Positions 9,971 to 18,827 of a stretch of 64,000 nucleotides of DNA are shown here, piece by piece. Within the stretch, counting starts at the first letter, position 1, and every line of letters starts with the position of its first letter. The translations under genes were made by a program, and so were the position numbers. The notes beneath the pieces were generated by a model, which saw only the letters and a program-made list of their open reading frames with translations, was not told where the DNA came from and did not search any database. The DNA comes from Candidatus Nanohalarchaeota archaeon (GTDB lineage Archaea > Nanohalarchaeota > Nanosalinia > Nanosalinales > Nanosalinaceae): NCBI GenBank assembly GCA_022729235.1, contig JALDAJ010000001.1, forward strand, positions 64,001 to 128,000, in the 5' to 3' direction.

Positions 9971-10551
9971 TATTCCATCCTCTCCGCACTCCCGCGGTTA
10001 ACCAGTATCTCTGCGTTTTCCTCCGGGACCTCGACCTCATCTCCCTCGTCAAGAGGTCCGTAGCTTTCCAGGTCGGTTCCCATAAACTCAGGTACGTGAG
10101 ACGTCACTTTTATGACCTCGTATCCCTCTTCAGCACTGTCTTCGTCTTCCGCCTCTAAATCATCTTCGAATTCTTCATCCTCCTCTACCTCTCCGAGGTC
10201 GACATCCAGGTCGCCGTTCACCTCGCCGTCGATACGGTCGCGGTGCTCCTCGAAAATGCTCTTTAATTCCCGGAAAAGCTTCTTCTCTCTCGGCAGGAGA
10301 TTCAAACTTGAAGCGTTCACATCAGATTTCACCGCGAGCCGCGCGTTCTTCACTATCTTGTCCTCTCTCAGAGAAATTATCTTGTCAAACACACGTTTCG
10401 AGTTCCGGTGCTCGCGCTCATCAACATCTTTCTTTCCATCCAGGAAACTACCAACACGCAGGAGGAACTTCTCACCGAGATCAGTCAGATCATCTTGGCG
10501 AGCCTCGCTCTTCTGCATCTTCCGCAACTCCTGAAACGTTAACTCCTCCAT
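9970..10551 (-). CDS. GINS complex subunit (Gins51/Gins15 type)
   Basis: Helical A domain (REDKIV, NLLPREK) plus C-terminal B domain (VPEFMGTDLESYGP, NAEILV); conserved primase-GINS-L44e neighbourhood. Confidence 0.85.
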   Translation of the reverse strand: MEELTFQELRKMQKSEARQDDLTDLGEKFLLRVGSFLDGKKDVDEREHRNSKRVFDKIISLREDKIVKNARLAVKSDVNASSLNLLPREKKLFRELKSIFEEHRDRIDGEVNGDLDVDLGEVEEDEEFEDDLEAEDEDSAEEGYEVIKVTSHVPEFMGTDLESYGPLDEGDEVEVPEENAEILVNRGSAERME

Positions 10552-10620
10552 GAGCCGTGGTTTAGTTGAAAGATTTTTATCTGGGTCGCTTTAGGATAGC
10601 CAAAAGTTAAAAAGTATAAG

Positions 10621-10636
10621 CAATAATATAGTATTG
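10621..10636 (+). promoter_or_regulatory. putative RHH operator (inverted repeat) just before the antitoxin start
   Basis: CAATA-atatag-TATTG, ending 5 nt before the ATG at 10642. Confidence 0.35.
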
Positions 10637-10641
10637 GAAGT

Positions 10642-10863
10642 ATGACAACAACTGTCGATCTACCGAGCGAAATCGAGAAGGCTATAGAAGAGAAGATCGA
10701 GGGAGGAGAGTACACCAGCAAGTCAGATTTCGTGAAGGAGGCGGTGAGGACGCACCTAGACAAGATACTTCTAATCCCTGAAGATGTATCCAGGAGAGCT
10801 GAAGAAGTTAGGAAAGGTGAAGCTGAAACAGTTGAATGGGAAGAAGTCAGGGAAGACATGTAG
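10642..10863 (+). CDS. ribbon-helix-helix antitoxin (CopG/ParD-like)
   Basis: TTVDLP...GEYTSKSDFVKEAVR; immediately precedes a RelE-like gene. Confidence 0.8.
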   Translation: MTTTVDLPSEIEKAIEEKIEGGEYTSKSDFVKEAVRTHLDKILLIPEDVSRRAEEVRKGEAETVEWEEVREDM

Positions 10864-10865
10864 AC

Positions 10866-11171
10866 ATGGAGTTCGAAGTTCACTCTAAAGCGGTTGAAGA
10901 ATTTCTGGAGCTCCCTGGAGAAGACCGCGAGAAAGTGAAGGAGAACATCGACTCCCGGCAGAGAAGAGAGAACAGCATCCTCAATCAGCGAGGCACAGGC
11001 ATCAGCTACGACAACCACGGAGAACCTGTCCACTACTTCAAGGCGGAAGGAGAAAACCAGAACTACAGGGTTTTCTTCGACATCCAAGACGACACAGTAA
11101 TCCTGCTAGGCGTCAGACCACGAGACGACGATACCTACCTCAACCTCCGAGAATACACCAAGAGAACCTGA
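10866..11171 (+). CDS. RelE/ParE-like toxin
   Basis: EFEVHSKAVEEFLELP...NYRVFFDIQDDTVILLGVRPRDDDTY; starts 2 nt after the antitoxin stop. Confidence 0.75.
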   Translation: MEFEVHSKAVEEFLELPGEDREKVKENIDSRQRRENSILNQRGTGISYDNHGEPVHYFKAEGENQNYRVFFDIQDDTVILLGVRPRDDDTYLNLREYTKRT

Positions 11172-11220
11172 AAACACCTTTTACCCAGGTCAATTCCTTT
11201 CTCCGGTGCAGGAGAGACTT

Positions 11221-11280
11221 GAACCCTTATCACGGTTAATTTACTAAACCAGCCACGAATTGCCGGTTTAATAAACGGCT
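11221..11280. repeat. 60-nt imperfect direct repeat, copy A, with internal hairpin
   Basis: Shares CTTATCACGGTTAATTTACTAAAC (24 nt) and GTTTAATAAACGG (13 nt) with 12649-12708 at a constant offset of 1428. Confidence 0.9.
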
Positions 11281-11372
11281 GATGGTTGTGAAATACGGTT
11301 TTTCAGCCTTTAATTCTTGATTTTTAGGTTATAACCATTAAACTTTTAAGTTGTGAGGAGTAAGTAACAAAT

Positions 11373-12023
11373 ATGACTGAATTGTCTAAGACAACAGTTT
11401 ATATTCCTGAAAAAATCCATAGTTATCTGAAGTTTGAAACTCAGCAGGATGCTGAGAATCAAGGAGTTTTAGTTTACAGAGAACATCCAGGAGCAGATAA
11501 TGAAGACGATATTTTCATCGAATACAAGCTACCTACAGGCAGAGGTACTCCGGGAAGAGTGGAACCACAGCAGGAGAAGTTAGATGTTTTACATCAATTC
11601 ATGGAAGATAATCCTGAATACAGAGGAATTGTATACCATACTCACTCGGAAGGAACTCTTGAGGAGTTCGGAGAAATTTACGGTCATAACTTTTCGCCAG
11701 GAGATATGCCTCAGATTAGTAGTGAGAAGCCTTCAGGTTATGAAGATTGGGAACTTTTGGTTACTCCGGATTGGATTTTATCTTCGGAGGAATGGCAAGA
11801 ACTAAGTGGTTCCTATAATGGAAGACACAATTTCATCAGTGAGGAAGAACTCGAAAGGGCGCACGAGGAAGGAAGAGGAAAGCCAGAAGTTGTTATATCT
11901 GATTGGAGCATGGATGACGGAACACCATTCATGCCTGAAAATCCTGGAACAGATGAATCAGTCTGGGGAGATGTCAGGTCAAAACTAGGTCAAGCAAGAA
12001 AAAAAGCTACAGAAGGAGTATAG
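11373..12023 (+). CDS. JAB/MPN (JAMM)-like metalloprotease
   Basis: ENQGVLV...GIVYHTHS...FSPGD...ELLVT gives E, HxH and SxxD, with a longer spacer than canonical. Confidence 0.65.
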   Translation: MTELSKTTVYIPEKIHSYLKFETQQDAENQGVLVYREHPGADNEDDIFIEYKLPTGRGTPGRVEPQQEKLDVLHQFMEDNPEYRGIVYHTHSEGTLEEFGEIYGHNFSPGDMPQISSEKPSGYEDWELLVTPDWILSSEEWQELSGSYNGRHNFISEEELERAHEEGRGKPEVVISDWSMDDGTPFMPENPGTDESVWGDVRSKLGQARKKATEGV

Positions 12024-12033
12024 AGGGATTATT

Positions 12034-12618
12034 ATGTCGGGAGATTTTGGAGACTCACTCAAAGAATTCTCTTTTATTGAACATGATATTGAGCCGGGTA
12101 AAACGCTTTCCGGCGGGTTAGGAGCTGAAATAAGGTATGATGAGAGAAGTCCTGATGTAGTCGAAGAACATTTCGATACTGATACAGAACCCGGGGATGA
12201 AATATTTAATCACTTCACAAACGATAGAGGAAATTACCATAGTATTGAGGAACAGGGAATCTCAACTGACAAAGACGGGAACCCGCTCTTTTCGGAATTA
12301 GTTGAAGAAGAGGTTGGCGAGTGCCTTGAGATGGCCTTAGTAGGATTAAACTATGTACAAGATGACTTTGATGAAGTATATCTGGTAAACGGTTCCTTAC
12401 CTGATACTGACCAACTTAATTACAAAGTTCCAGAACACGCATACCTGATTTTAGAGGATGAAAAAGGTTATGAAGTATTCGACCCGGCAAGACTGATTGG
12501 TAATGAGCCAGTTCGGGGCAGAATAGTAGGAATAGGCGACTCCAATACTCTAGAACTTGAAAGCGATGTACAGGAAGATTTTGAATCTGCATTTGGACAA
12601 AAATATTCGCTTCAATAA
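12034..12618 (+). CDS. transglutaminase/papain-like Cys-His-Asp protein
   Basis: VGECLEMAL, EHAYLIL and VFDPA occur in canonical catalytic-triad order. Confidence 0.6.
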   Translation: MSGDFGDSLKEFSFIEHDIEPGKTLSGGLGAEIRYDERSPDVVEEHFDTDTEPGDEIFNHFTNDRGNYHSIEEQGISTDKDGNPLFSELVEEEVGECLEMALVGLNYVQDDFDEVYLVNGSLPDTDQLNYKVPEHAYLILEDEKGYEVFDPARLIGNEPVRGRIVGIGDSNTLELESDVQEDFESAFGQKYSLQ

Positions 12619-12648
12619 ATTAATTGGTTCTATGGGCTTCGGTGTGCG

Positions 12649-12708
12649 GAACGCTTATCACGGTTAATTTACTAAACTAGTCGTGATTTGACAGTTTAAT
12701 AAACGGTT
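12649..12708. repeat. 60-nt imperfect direct repeat, copy B
   Basis: Matches copy A at 11221-11280; abuts the stop codon of 12709-13344. Confidence 0.9.
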
Positions 12709-13344
12709 CTATGATGATTTTTGTGGCTGTTCAGCGCCTAAAAGTTGATTCCACAGATTAGACAGGCGGGTTGTGATAGTCTTCCAAATATCATGTCTTC
12801 GTTTGTATAATTCTGCCAGTTGTTCTACTACATTGATTTCGAATTTTATCTTGATGGCTGTAAATGAAATAGGAATCAGAACTAAAATTGAGATGACTAT
12901 TGATATAGACAGGTAAACTATGTTTACAGACCTTTGAATTACTGGAACCACAATATCATATTCGCGAATATTTCTGACTGACAATGTTCTTTCAACTTCA
13001 TCTTCTAACTCCTCGATTTCTTGCTCCTGATTTTCTATCAGTTCCGACTGGTTCTCACTTTTTTCTTCATAATAATCCGCTTGTTCTCGTAAGTCACTTC
13101 TGTTATCGCTGTAGTTACTGGCGACTGCTTGGTAATGTTCTTTTTCAGACTGCAGTTGCGATATTGTACTTTCAAGTTCATTTATTTCAGCTTCTAAACT
13201 TGATATGTCCTCCTCGTACACCTCTTCATCTACTGTATCGGCGTTTATTTGTTGAAACATGGAAGGTACTACGGAGAGTATCCCTACAACAAGTATAGCT
13301 ACTGCTATACCTGTACACGCAGTTACTATATCGTCTTCTGTCAC
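12709..13344 (-). CDS. membrane-anchored coiled-coil protein
   Basis: N-terminal hydrophobic segment, acidic heptad region, then a second hydrophobic segment. Confidence 0.65.
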   Translation of the reverse strand: MTEDDIVTACTGIAVAILVVGILSVVPSMFQQINADTVDEEVYEEDISSLEAEINELESTISQLQSEKEHYQAVASNYSDNRSDLREQADYYEEKSENQSELIENQEQEIEELEDEVERTLSVRNIREYDIVVPVIQRSVNIVYLSISIVISILVLIPISFTAIKIKFEINVVEQLAELYKRRHDIWKTITTRLSNLWNQLLGAEQPQKSS

Positions 13345-13375
13345 ATAGAATTTCTGGGTCGCAAATATTATCTGT

Positions 13376-13657
13376 TTAATCTAATTCGGATTGGAAATAC
13401 TCTTCGTAACCCAGATTCGCTATTAATCCTTCTAAATTCAGGTCTAAATCTTCAATATTGTTTTCGGGATTAATTTTGTCTTCTTCAATTTCTTCTTCCG
13501 TTAAAAATGCGGTATTGTCTATTTCGGCTATATTGGTTGCTAGTTCTTGTCTATCTACTTCTTTTTCGGGTATTTCTTCAATGATATTCTGATATAGTTC
13601 GGTCTTTCTGGTTGCTATTAGCCCAATCATGTTGAGCGCCTGTTCTTCTTTCTCCAT
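13376..13657 (-). CDS. hypothetical acidic protein
   Basis: 93-aa ORF whose start overlaps the stop of the upstream ORF at 13657. Confidence 0.55.
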   Translation of the reverse strand: MEKEEQALNMIGLIATRKTELYQNIIEEIPEKEVDRQELATNIAEIDNTAFLTEEEIEEDKINPENNIEDLDLNLEGLIANLGYEEYFQSELD

Positions 13658-14217
13658 TATGCCACCTCAAGCGCCGTTTTACTTACTTCGGCAGAACCAG
13701 TCGTTAAGGCTTCTTTAGTACTCCCTTCAAGCATTTCTCCAAATACTTCTTCATCTACTGTATCGTTGGTAGTGTCTGCTAGATATTCAAGTCCGCCAGA
13801 ATCTTCTACGCTATTCCTCAAGTCTTCTGCAATTTCGCCCGCCTCTTTTTCTGTGATTTTACTCGCTTGAAATGCGACACCTTGTTGTTTTGTTTCTTCT
13901 ACTAAATTGCTGAATCTATCAGAGGAATCTGAGTCACTCCATGCGTCATACATTCTTTTTCCGGCTTTTCCAGTAGTGTAAGCAGTGTATGCTGTAGCAA
14001 GATGAGGATTAGTAGAAGCCACTCCGCCTAAAACCATTGCTTTACCGACTGTTTTAGCTGAATCCTTTACATCTTCCTCCGAAATACTATCTTCGGAACC
14101 AGAAAACCCTGCATCTTCCGGATGTAGTGCGCCGTTACAGCTACATTGACACTGACTGGCTGGCATTTTTACAGCATTCTCACAACGAGGACTGTGCGAC
14201 ATAGAACCCCCTCCCAA
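13657..14217 (-). CDS. hypothetical protein with N-terminal Cys/His cluster
   Basis: HSPRCENAVKMPASQCQCSCNGALH, followed by an Ala/Gly-rich hydrophobic segment. Confidence 0.6.
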   Translation of the reverse strand: MGGGSMSHSPRCENAVKMPASQCQCSCNGALHPEDAGFSGSEDSISEEDVKDSAKTVGKAMVLGGVASTNPHLATAYTAYTTGKAGKRMYDAWSDSDSSDRFSNLVEETKQQGVAFQASKITEKEAGEIAEDLRNSVEDSGGLEYLADTTNDTVDEEVFGEMLEGSTKEALTTGSAEVSKTALEVA

Positions 14218-14379
14218 TAAATTGAATATTAGAAGGAATATCTAATGTATTTTTTCCTATTCAAAATTTCTCAAGAGTTCCGACAAAATTACTATTTATC
14301 TCAACGCTTCCTTGATATGCTCCTGTTTAACCGTCTTGTACCCGTTTTCTTGTGCGATTGCCCGGGCTTCCTCCACGAT

Positions 14380-15795
14380 TCAACCAAAACATTTCTGGAC
14401 GTGTTTCTTGTAGTAGTGTTCCATCTGGTATTCTTTGCCGCAGTACGGGCATTCAAAGACCTCGTCTTCCTCGTCGTCTCCAGATTCTCCGTCTGAGGAG
14501 TTGCCGATGTCGAGGCTGTCGTCGCCTTTGGCTTTGCGGAAGGCGTAGGAGACGGGGTTGGGGACGCGTTCTTCCAGGCTGTCGCCTTCGTAGACCTGCA
14601 TGTCTTTGTAGTAGCCTTTCGCGTCGTAGTTCGGTGGCGGGACGTCCTCTTCCCTGTCGCGGTGCCAGTTGAGCTGTCCCCTGACATATGATTCGCGGAG
14701 CGCCTGGTCGTTCTCCTCGTTCCACTCCCAGATACGTGATTCGATTTCCTCCCAGCTGTAGCCTACTGTTCTCAGGAAGTTGATGAGTATGAACAGTCCG
14801 CGCTTTCTGCCGTCTTCCAGCCCGTCGAGTATGTTGTGGATGGTAGGAGGCCAGTGCTCCTCCGGTATCGCGTCGTCGGGTCTGTCAAAGTCTTTCTCAG
14901 CCCGCTCCTTTCTCCTCGCCTGTTTCTTCCTCTCCTCCTCCGCAACGTTTTCCGCCGCCTGCAGTAGAAGGTTGGTGGCTTCTCCCTCCTCGTATTCTTC
15001 CAGGAACGTCGTCTCGAAGTCTATGCTGTCCATCTGCGCGTCGCTTTTCTCGAAGTCCTGGATCTGCGAGGGTTGGATGGGCAGGGATACTAGCCAGCTC
15101 CCGTCGTGCAGTGAGTAGGGCATGCGGAAGAGGTGGCGCTGTCCCCAGTCGTTTTCTATGTCGGCGACCTGGTACGGGTCCCAGCCGGTGTCGACTTTCA
15201 TATCCTCCTCGAAGCCGTATTCGCGGACGAGGTCTTTCATCTCGTTTTCGAGGTTGTCCCGTATGTATTCGATTATTCCTCTCGGGAGTTTTGGATACAG
15301 CGAGGCAACGTTTTCCCCGCGGAATATCTCCGGGACATCCTCGCCTTCGAGCGTGTCGGGAAACGCCTCCCACCGCACTCCTATGTGGAAGCCTCTGTTG
15401 CCGGAGAACTTGACACTGACGTTTTCTATACCGTGCTCACGCAGTTCTCTCACGACGAGTTCCGCGGTGTCTTTCGCGAGTTCAAACGAGTGGTCACAGT
15501 CGATGTCGATGACGAAGTCCCAGCCCTCGCGCAGGTCGTCAAGGTTGTTGACGTTGTCGATGAGTAGCGGGTTCTTCCAGCGCTCGACCGACGAGTGTAA
15601 CGCGACCGCGCCGTCCTCGACTAACTGTGAGAAGTCCCCCGGAAAGTTGATAGCGTCCGGCCGTTTCCCATAACCGTTCGGATATGTCGGCGCTATCTCC
15701 CTATACTCCGCGACAGAAGTGATGTGTTCGGAGACCTCTTCCTGCTGGTAGTACTGTCTTATCTTCCAGTCCTGCGGCTTTTCCCCTTCTCCCAT
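14380..15795 (-). CDS. fused DNA primase (PriS catalytic domain + PriL C-terminal domain + zinc finger)
   Basis: AEP motifs WDFVIDIDC, KFSGNRGFHI and RHLFRMPYSLH; PriL-like WPPTI...DGRKR..F.L..FL; terminal CPYC...H...C. Confidence 0.9.
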   Translation of the reverse strand: MGEGEKPQDWKIRQYYQQEEVSEHITSVAEYREIAPTYPNGYGKRPDAINFPGDFSQLVEDGAVALHSSVERWKNPLLIDNVNNLDDLREGWDFVIDIDCDHSFELAKDTAELVVRELREHGIENVSVKFSGNRGFHIGVRWEAFPDTLEGEDVPEIFRGENVASLYPKLPRGIIEYIRDNLENEMKDLVREYGFEEDMKVDTGWDPYQVADIENDWGQRHLFRMPYSLHDGSWLVSLPIQPSQIQDFEKSDAQMDSIDFETTFLEEYEEGEATNLLLQAAENVAEEERKKQARRKERAEKDFDRPDDAIPEEHWPPTIHNILDGLEDGRKRGLFILINFLRTVGYSWEEIESRIWEWNEENDQALRESYVRGQLNWHRDREEDVPPPNYDAKGYYKDMQVYEGDSLEERVPNPVSYAFRKAKGDDSLDIGNSSDGESGDDEEDEVFECPYCGKEYQMEHYYKKHVQKCFG

Positions 15796-15834
15796 ATAGA
15801 GAAGTTAATGAGAAAAGAGGTAAAAGATATGAGG

Positions 15835-16185
15835 TCAGTAACTTGTATCTGAAGCTGATTTATATCCTCCACTAACTGTAGAACCATCCGCTTGCCTCTC
15901 TACAGATTCTCTAACTTCCCTAATTATCTCTCCGCAAGAGCGATTATCCGAGAGCGCCCAGTATACAGTTCCGTCCTCGAAATCAAATTCATCTTCAACA
16001 TACCCCAGACTGGATAGCCCTCTAGCTGCTTTAGTCACACAGTGGTCAGGATAATGACTTACGCTCGACATCAGTTCTGTTGAAGAGGTTCTTCCATTTT
16101 CATCCAAGTGCCTTACTACACCCTCAAGACGCTCATCCTTCAAGGCATCCAAGATTTTCTCGTCAAGTTCTTCTACAGACATCAC
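15835..16185 (-). CDS. hypothetical protein, possible winged helix
   Basis: SSTELM...AARGLSSLGYVE...YWAL resembles a wHTH; start overlaps the pcn stop. Confidence 0.45.
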   Translation of the reverse strand: MMSVEELDEKILDALKDERLEGVVRHLDENGRTSSTELMSSVSHYPDHCVTKAARGLSSLGYVEDEFDFEDGTVYWALSDNRSCGEIIREVRESVERQADGSTVSGGYKSASDTSY

Positions 16186-16934
16186 TCTTCCTCAATCCGT
16201 GGCGCGAGTACGAAGCTGAGGTTCGCTTTGTCAGGCACTGTGAACTCCATTTTCATCGGGAAGTCTTCGCCGAGCCTGAGTGTTAAAGTATCGGCGAGTT
16301 TCTTGGCGCCGATCATGTTGTCGAGGTAGTCGAGGGAGAACATCGAGTTCGCCTCATCTCCTTCAAGTTCGAGGACTCCGTCTGCACCGCTGTCGATATG
16401 GAAGTTAGCGTTGCTCTGGTCTCCTTCTGCTTCTATGTTGATGCCGTCTTCGTCCGCGGAAATCCTTACTGAGTCGCCAACGACCATGGCGTCGCCGATA
16501 GCGTCTTCGATGACACCGGTTTCAAGTTCCGCTTCCACAGTAAAGTCGAGGTTTCTCGTGTCTGGTATGTCGTCCTCTGAAAGGTTGAGGATCGGTAGGG
16601 AGAAGTTTCTCGTTGATCTGCCTTCCATCCTTATGTAGAACTTGGAGTCGTCTTCTTTGACCTCGAAGACGATAGTATCGCTTGAGTTTGCACGTCTGAG
16701 AATCGAGTAAAGGTTCTCAAGATTGAGACCTACCTTTGTCTCTTCTTCAAGCTCATAGTCTTCAAAAACGTCTTCTTCCAGCTGGAAATCGACAAGCGCG
16801 ACCATCGCAGGGTCTGCCGCGATAAGCTCTACCCCGTCTTCGTTTAACTGGAAAATCCCTTCTGATATGAGATCTGAAATGGTTTTCATTGAATCCTGGA
16901 TAAGGCTAACGTCTTCTAGTTCTGCTTTAAACAC
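16182..16934 (-). CDS. pcn: PCNA sliding clamp
   Basis: AADPAMVALVD, SMFSLDYL, LGEDFPM and FVLAPRIEEE; GTG start with upstream GGAG. Confidence 0.97.
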   Translation of the reverse strand: MFKAELEDVSLIQDSMKTISDLISEGIFQLNEDGVELIAADPAMVALVDFQLEEDVFEDYELEEETKVGLNLENLYSILRRANSSDTIVFEVKEDDSKFYIRMEGRSTRNFSLPILNLSEDDIPDTRNLDFTVEAELETGVIEDAIGDAMVVGDSVRISADEDGINIEAEGDQSNANFHIDSGADGVLELEGDEANSMFSLDYLDNMIGAKKLADTLTLRLGEDFPMKMEFTVPDKANLSFVLAPRIEEE

Positions 16935-16952
16935 TCCTCTCCCACCTTTGTG

Positions 16953-17282
16953 TTATTCAGAAGTGTTGACAACTTTTTTAACCCTGTCGTAGACATCTGG
17001 ATCGACGTCCTCGAAGTCCTGGGCTATCTCGCCCTGTATTTCGAACGAGTCAGGAGTTGGAAGTACTCTTCCAAGGACGCGGATACGCTGTCCTTCTTCC
17101 ACATCTTCTATATCGTCTTCTTCAAGAAACACTTCCACTGTACCCGTCCCATCGTCAAGCGCTACTGAACTGTCATCCTTCGATATCAATGTACCTACTA
17201 CGCGGACGCGTATGTCGTCCCTGGGTTCGATTTCTTCGATATTCTTTGGTACTGCGGGTGCTCTTCTCTGGTTCTCCGGCAT
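16953..17282 (-). CDS. small OB-fold protein (RPA small-subunit-like)
   Basis: RVRVVG, LDDGTGTVEV and IRVLGRV form an OB-fold pattern. Confidence 0.75.
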   Translation of the reverse strand: MPENQRRAPAVPKNIEEIEPRDDIRVRVVGTLISKDDSSVALDDGTGTVEVFLEEDDIEDVEEGQRIRVLGRVLPTPDSFEIQGEIAQDFEDVDPDVYDRVKKVVNTSE

Positions 17283-17362
17283 ATCTTATGCGAGGGGTTA
17301 AACTGTTTTAACTATATTGATTCCCGGGAGGTTTCAAATACAGCCGCGTAAAAACACTGTTT

Positions 17363-17953
17363 ATGGACCCTCTGGGGAAGAAAGGTGAGCAGGCGCTTGA
17401 AGGCGTCCAAAACGTATCGCAGAGACTGGAGCAGCTTGAATCGCACCTACAGGCGGTTGACAGCGCGCTTCAGGACTTTATGCAGGATTCACGTGACATC
17501 CTCCAGGAGGAGCACGACATCGAACAGCGGGAGCTGGAGCAGATAGGGAAGCTGGCGGATAAAACTCCTGATGAGAAAACTGTTGAAGAGCTGGAAGAGA
17601 AAGTTGAAGACCTTGAGCACCGGCAAAAGAAGACGGAGCGGAAGATAAAAGAGGTACTTGACAGCGAGTTGATGGGCGCGGTCTCAAGAGTTACAGATAC
17701 TATAAAAAAAGTTAACCGATCTTCGAGGGGCCTCCGAGAAGATTTACAGGGATTGGAAGACCGTGTCGGCGAGCTGGAGAACAACTTCATCCTCGAGGAG
17801 AACAAGCGGGACTACGACTTCCAGCAGAAACTGGACAAGTCCGAGTTCGAAGCCGAACGTGTGGAGATGCTGGACGAAATCAGGAAGCTGCGCGCCTCAG
17901 TCAATGTCCTCGCGGACGAACTGGACAAGAAAGACGAGATAGAGGTTGAGTAG
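17363..17953 (+). CDS. coiled-coil hypothetical protein
   Basis: Continuous heptad-like E/L/K-rich sequence. Confidence 0.65.
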   Translation: MDPLGKKGEQALEGVQNVSQRLEQLESHLQAVDSALQDFMQDSRDILQEEHDIEQRELEQIGKLADKTPDEKTVEELEEKVEDLEHRQKKTERKIKEVLDSELMGAVSRVTDTIKKVNRSSRGLREDLQGLEDRVGELENNFILEENKRDYDFQQKLDKSEFEAERVEMLDEIRKLRASVNVLADELDKKDEIEVE

Positions 17954-18112
17954 TCGTTTGTGAAGTTTTCGATGCGCCAGAAGACAGCAAGTCCTGTATC
18001 ACCGACTAAATATCGCTTAATTCGTATACCTTAGAAATCGAGATTTAAACCAGATGGTTCTTCGGGAACTTCTAGTTTATACTTAAGCTTTACTCTGAAA
18101 CCAGTTTTTAGG

Positions 18113-18421
18113 ATGAACGAGTCACAGGATCATGAAAATTCGGAGTCCTTAAACCTTGTGTACGACGGAAACATATTCAATGAGTCTGCTAATCTAGGAG
18201 GTCCTAAATTCGTGGATGCGAGAGAATACGAATCTGCTCTTTACTCTTTAAACCAGATTGAAGCCGATGGCACTGTTGTAGATATCTATCATCATGATAA
18301 AACATCCCGGTCTGAACCAGCCAGATTCCCTGCAGAGCTATGGGTAGAGACTACAGATCCTGAGCACCTCAGGGAGCTCCTTAAACAAGACCCCGCTATT
18401 AACTATCTGCCGGCTGAGTAA
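18113..18421 (+). CDS. hypothetical protein
   Basis: 102-aa acidic ORF convergent with tfs. Confidence 0.45.
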   Translation: MNESQDHENSESLNLVYDGNIFNESANLGGPKFVDAREYESALYSLNQIEADGTVVDIYHHDKTSRSEPARFPAELWVETTDPEHLRELLKQDPAINYLPAE

Positions 18422-18757
18422 TCAGTCATACTCTTTGTGAACGTTTCCGCACTCCTTGCATTCGTAGAACCGTGTTGGTGGTTCGTCGCTAGCTCTTGTC
18501 TGTTCCATCCACCATTCGTGTTCTGTTTCTTCCCCACAGCTTGGGCATTCTTTCGTCGTGACTGGCCTGGTAGATGCCTCGTCGTCTTCCGAGGAGACGT
18601 TTAACCGATCCATAGGGTCTTCTTCCTTCTCCTCTGTCACTGTGTAGTCGCCGCCTTCTACGTCCTGTAAATGCCCGCAGTTACGGCATTTCATGACTGT
18701 TTCACCATTTTTCTTCTCGGATACTAGCATTCCTCCGCATTCGTCACAAAATTCCAT
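18422..18757 (-). CDS. tfs: transcription factor S (TFS/RpoM-like)
   Basis: Two zinc ribbons; QTRASDEPPTRFYEC carries the catalytic DE. Confidence 0.95.
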   Translation of the reverse strand: MEFCDECGGMLVSEKKNGETVMKCRNCGHLQDVEGGDYTVTEEKEEDPMDRLNVSSEDDEASTRPVTTKECPSCGEETEHEWWMEQTRASDEPPTRFYECKECGNVHKEYD

Positions 18758-18827
18758 ACTTGAGCATTTTACCTAAGTTACCTTTAAATGGGTATCGTCA
18801 GGCAGAAGACGGGAAACATCTGCACAA

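Noticed and set aside
11221-12708. Calling the 60-nt repeats integron attC sites or dif sites
   Set aside because: They fit RYYYAAC/GTTRRRY box spacing poorly, the 16-nt spacer is unlike dif, and no integrase is present. Kept only as an unclassified repeat.
14321-14340. Possible third, inverted copy of the island repeat (TTAACCGT)
   Set aside because: Only about 8 nt match, which is expected by chance.
14301-15673. Many overlapping alternative-frame and antisense ORFs over the primase gene (and similar ones over eno, xpb, gltX and rnj)
   Set aside because: They are shadow ORFs caused by biased codon usage; Ser/Arg-rich with no motifs.
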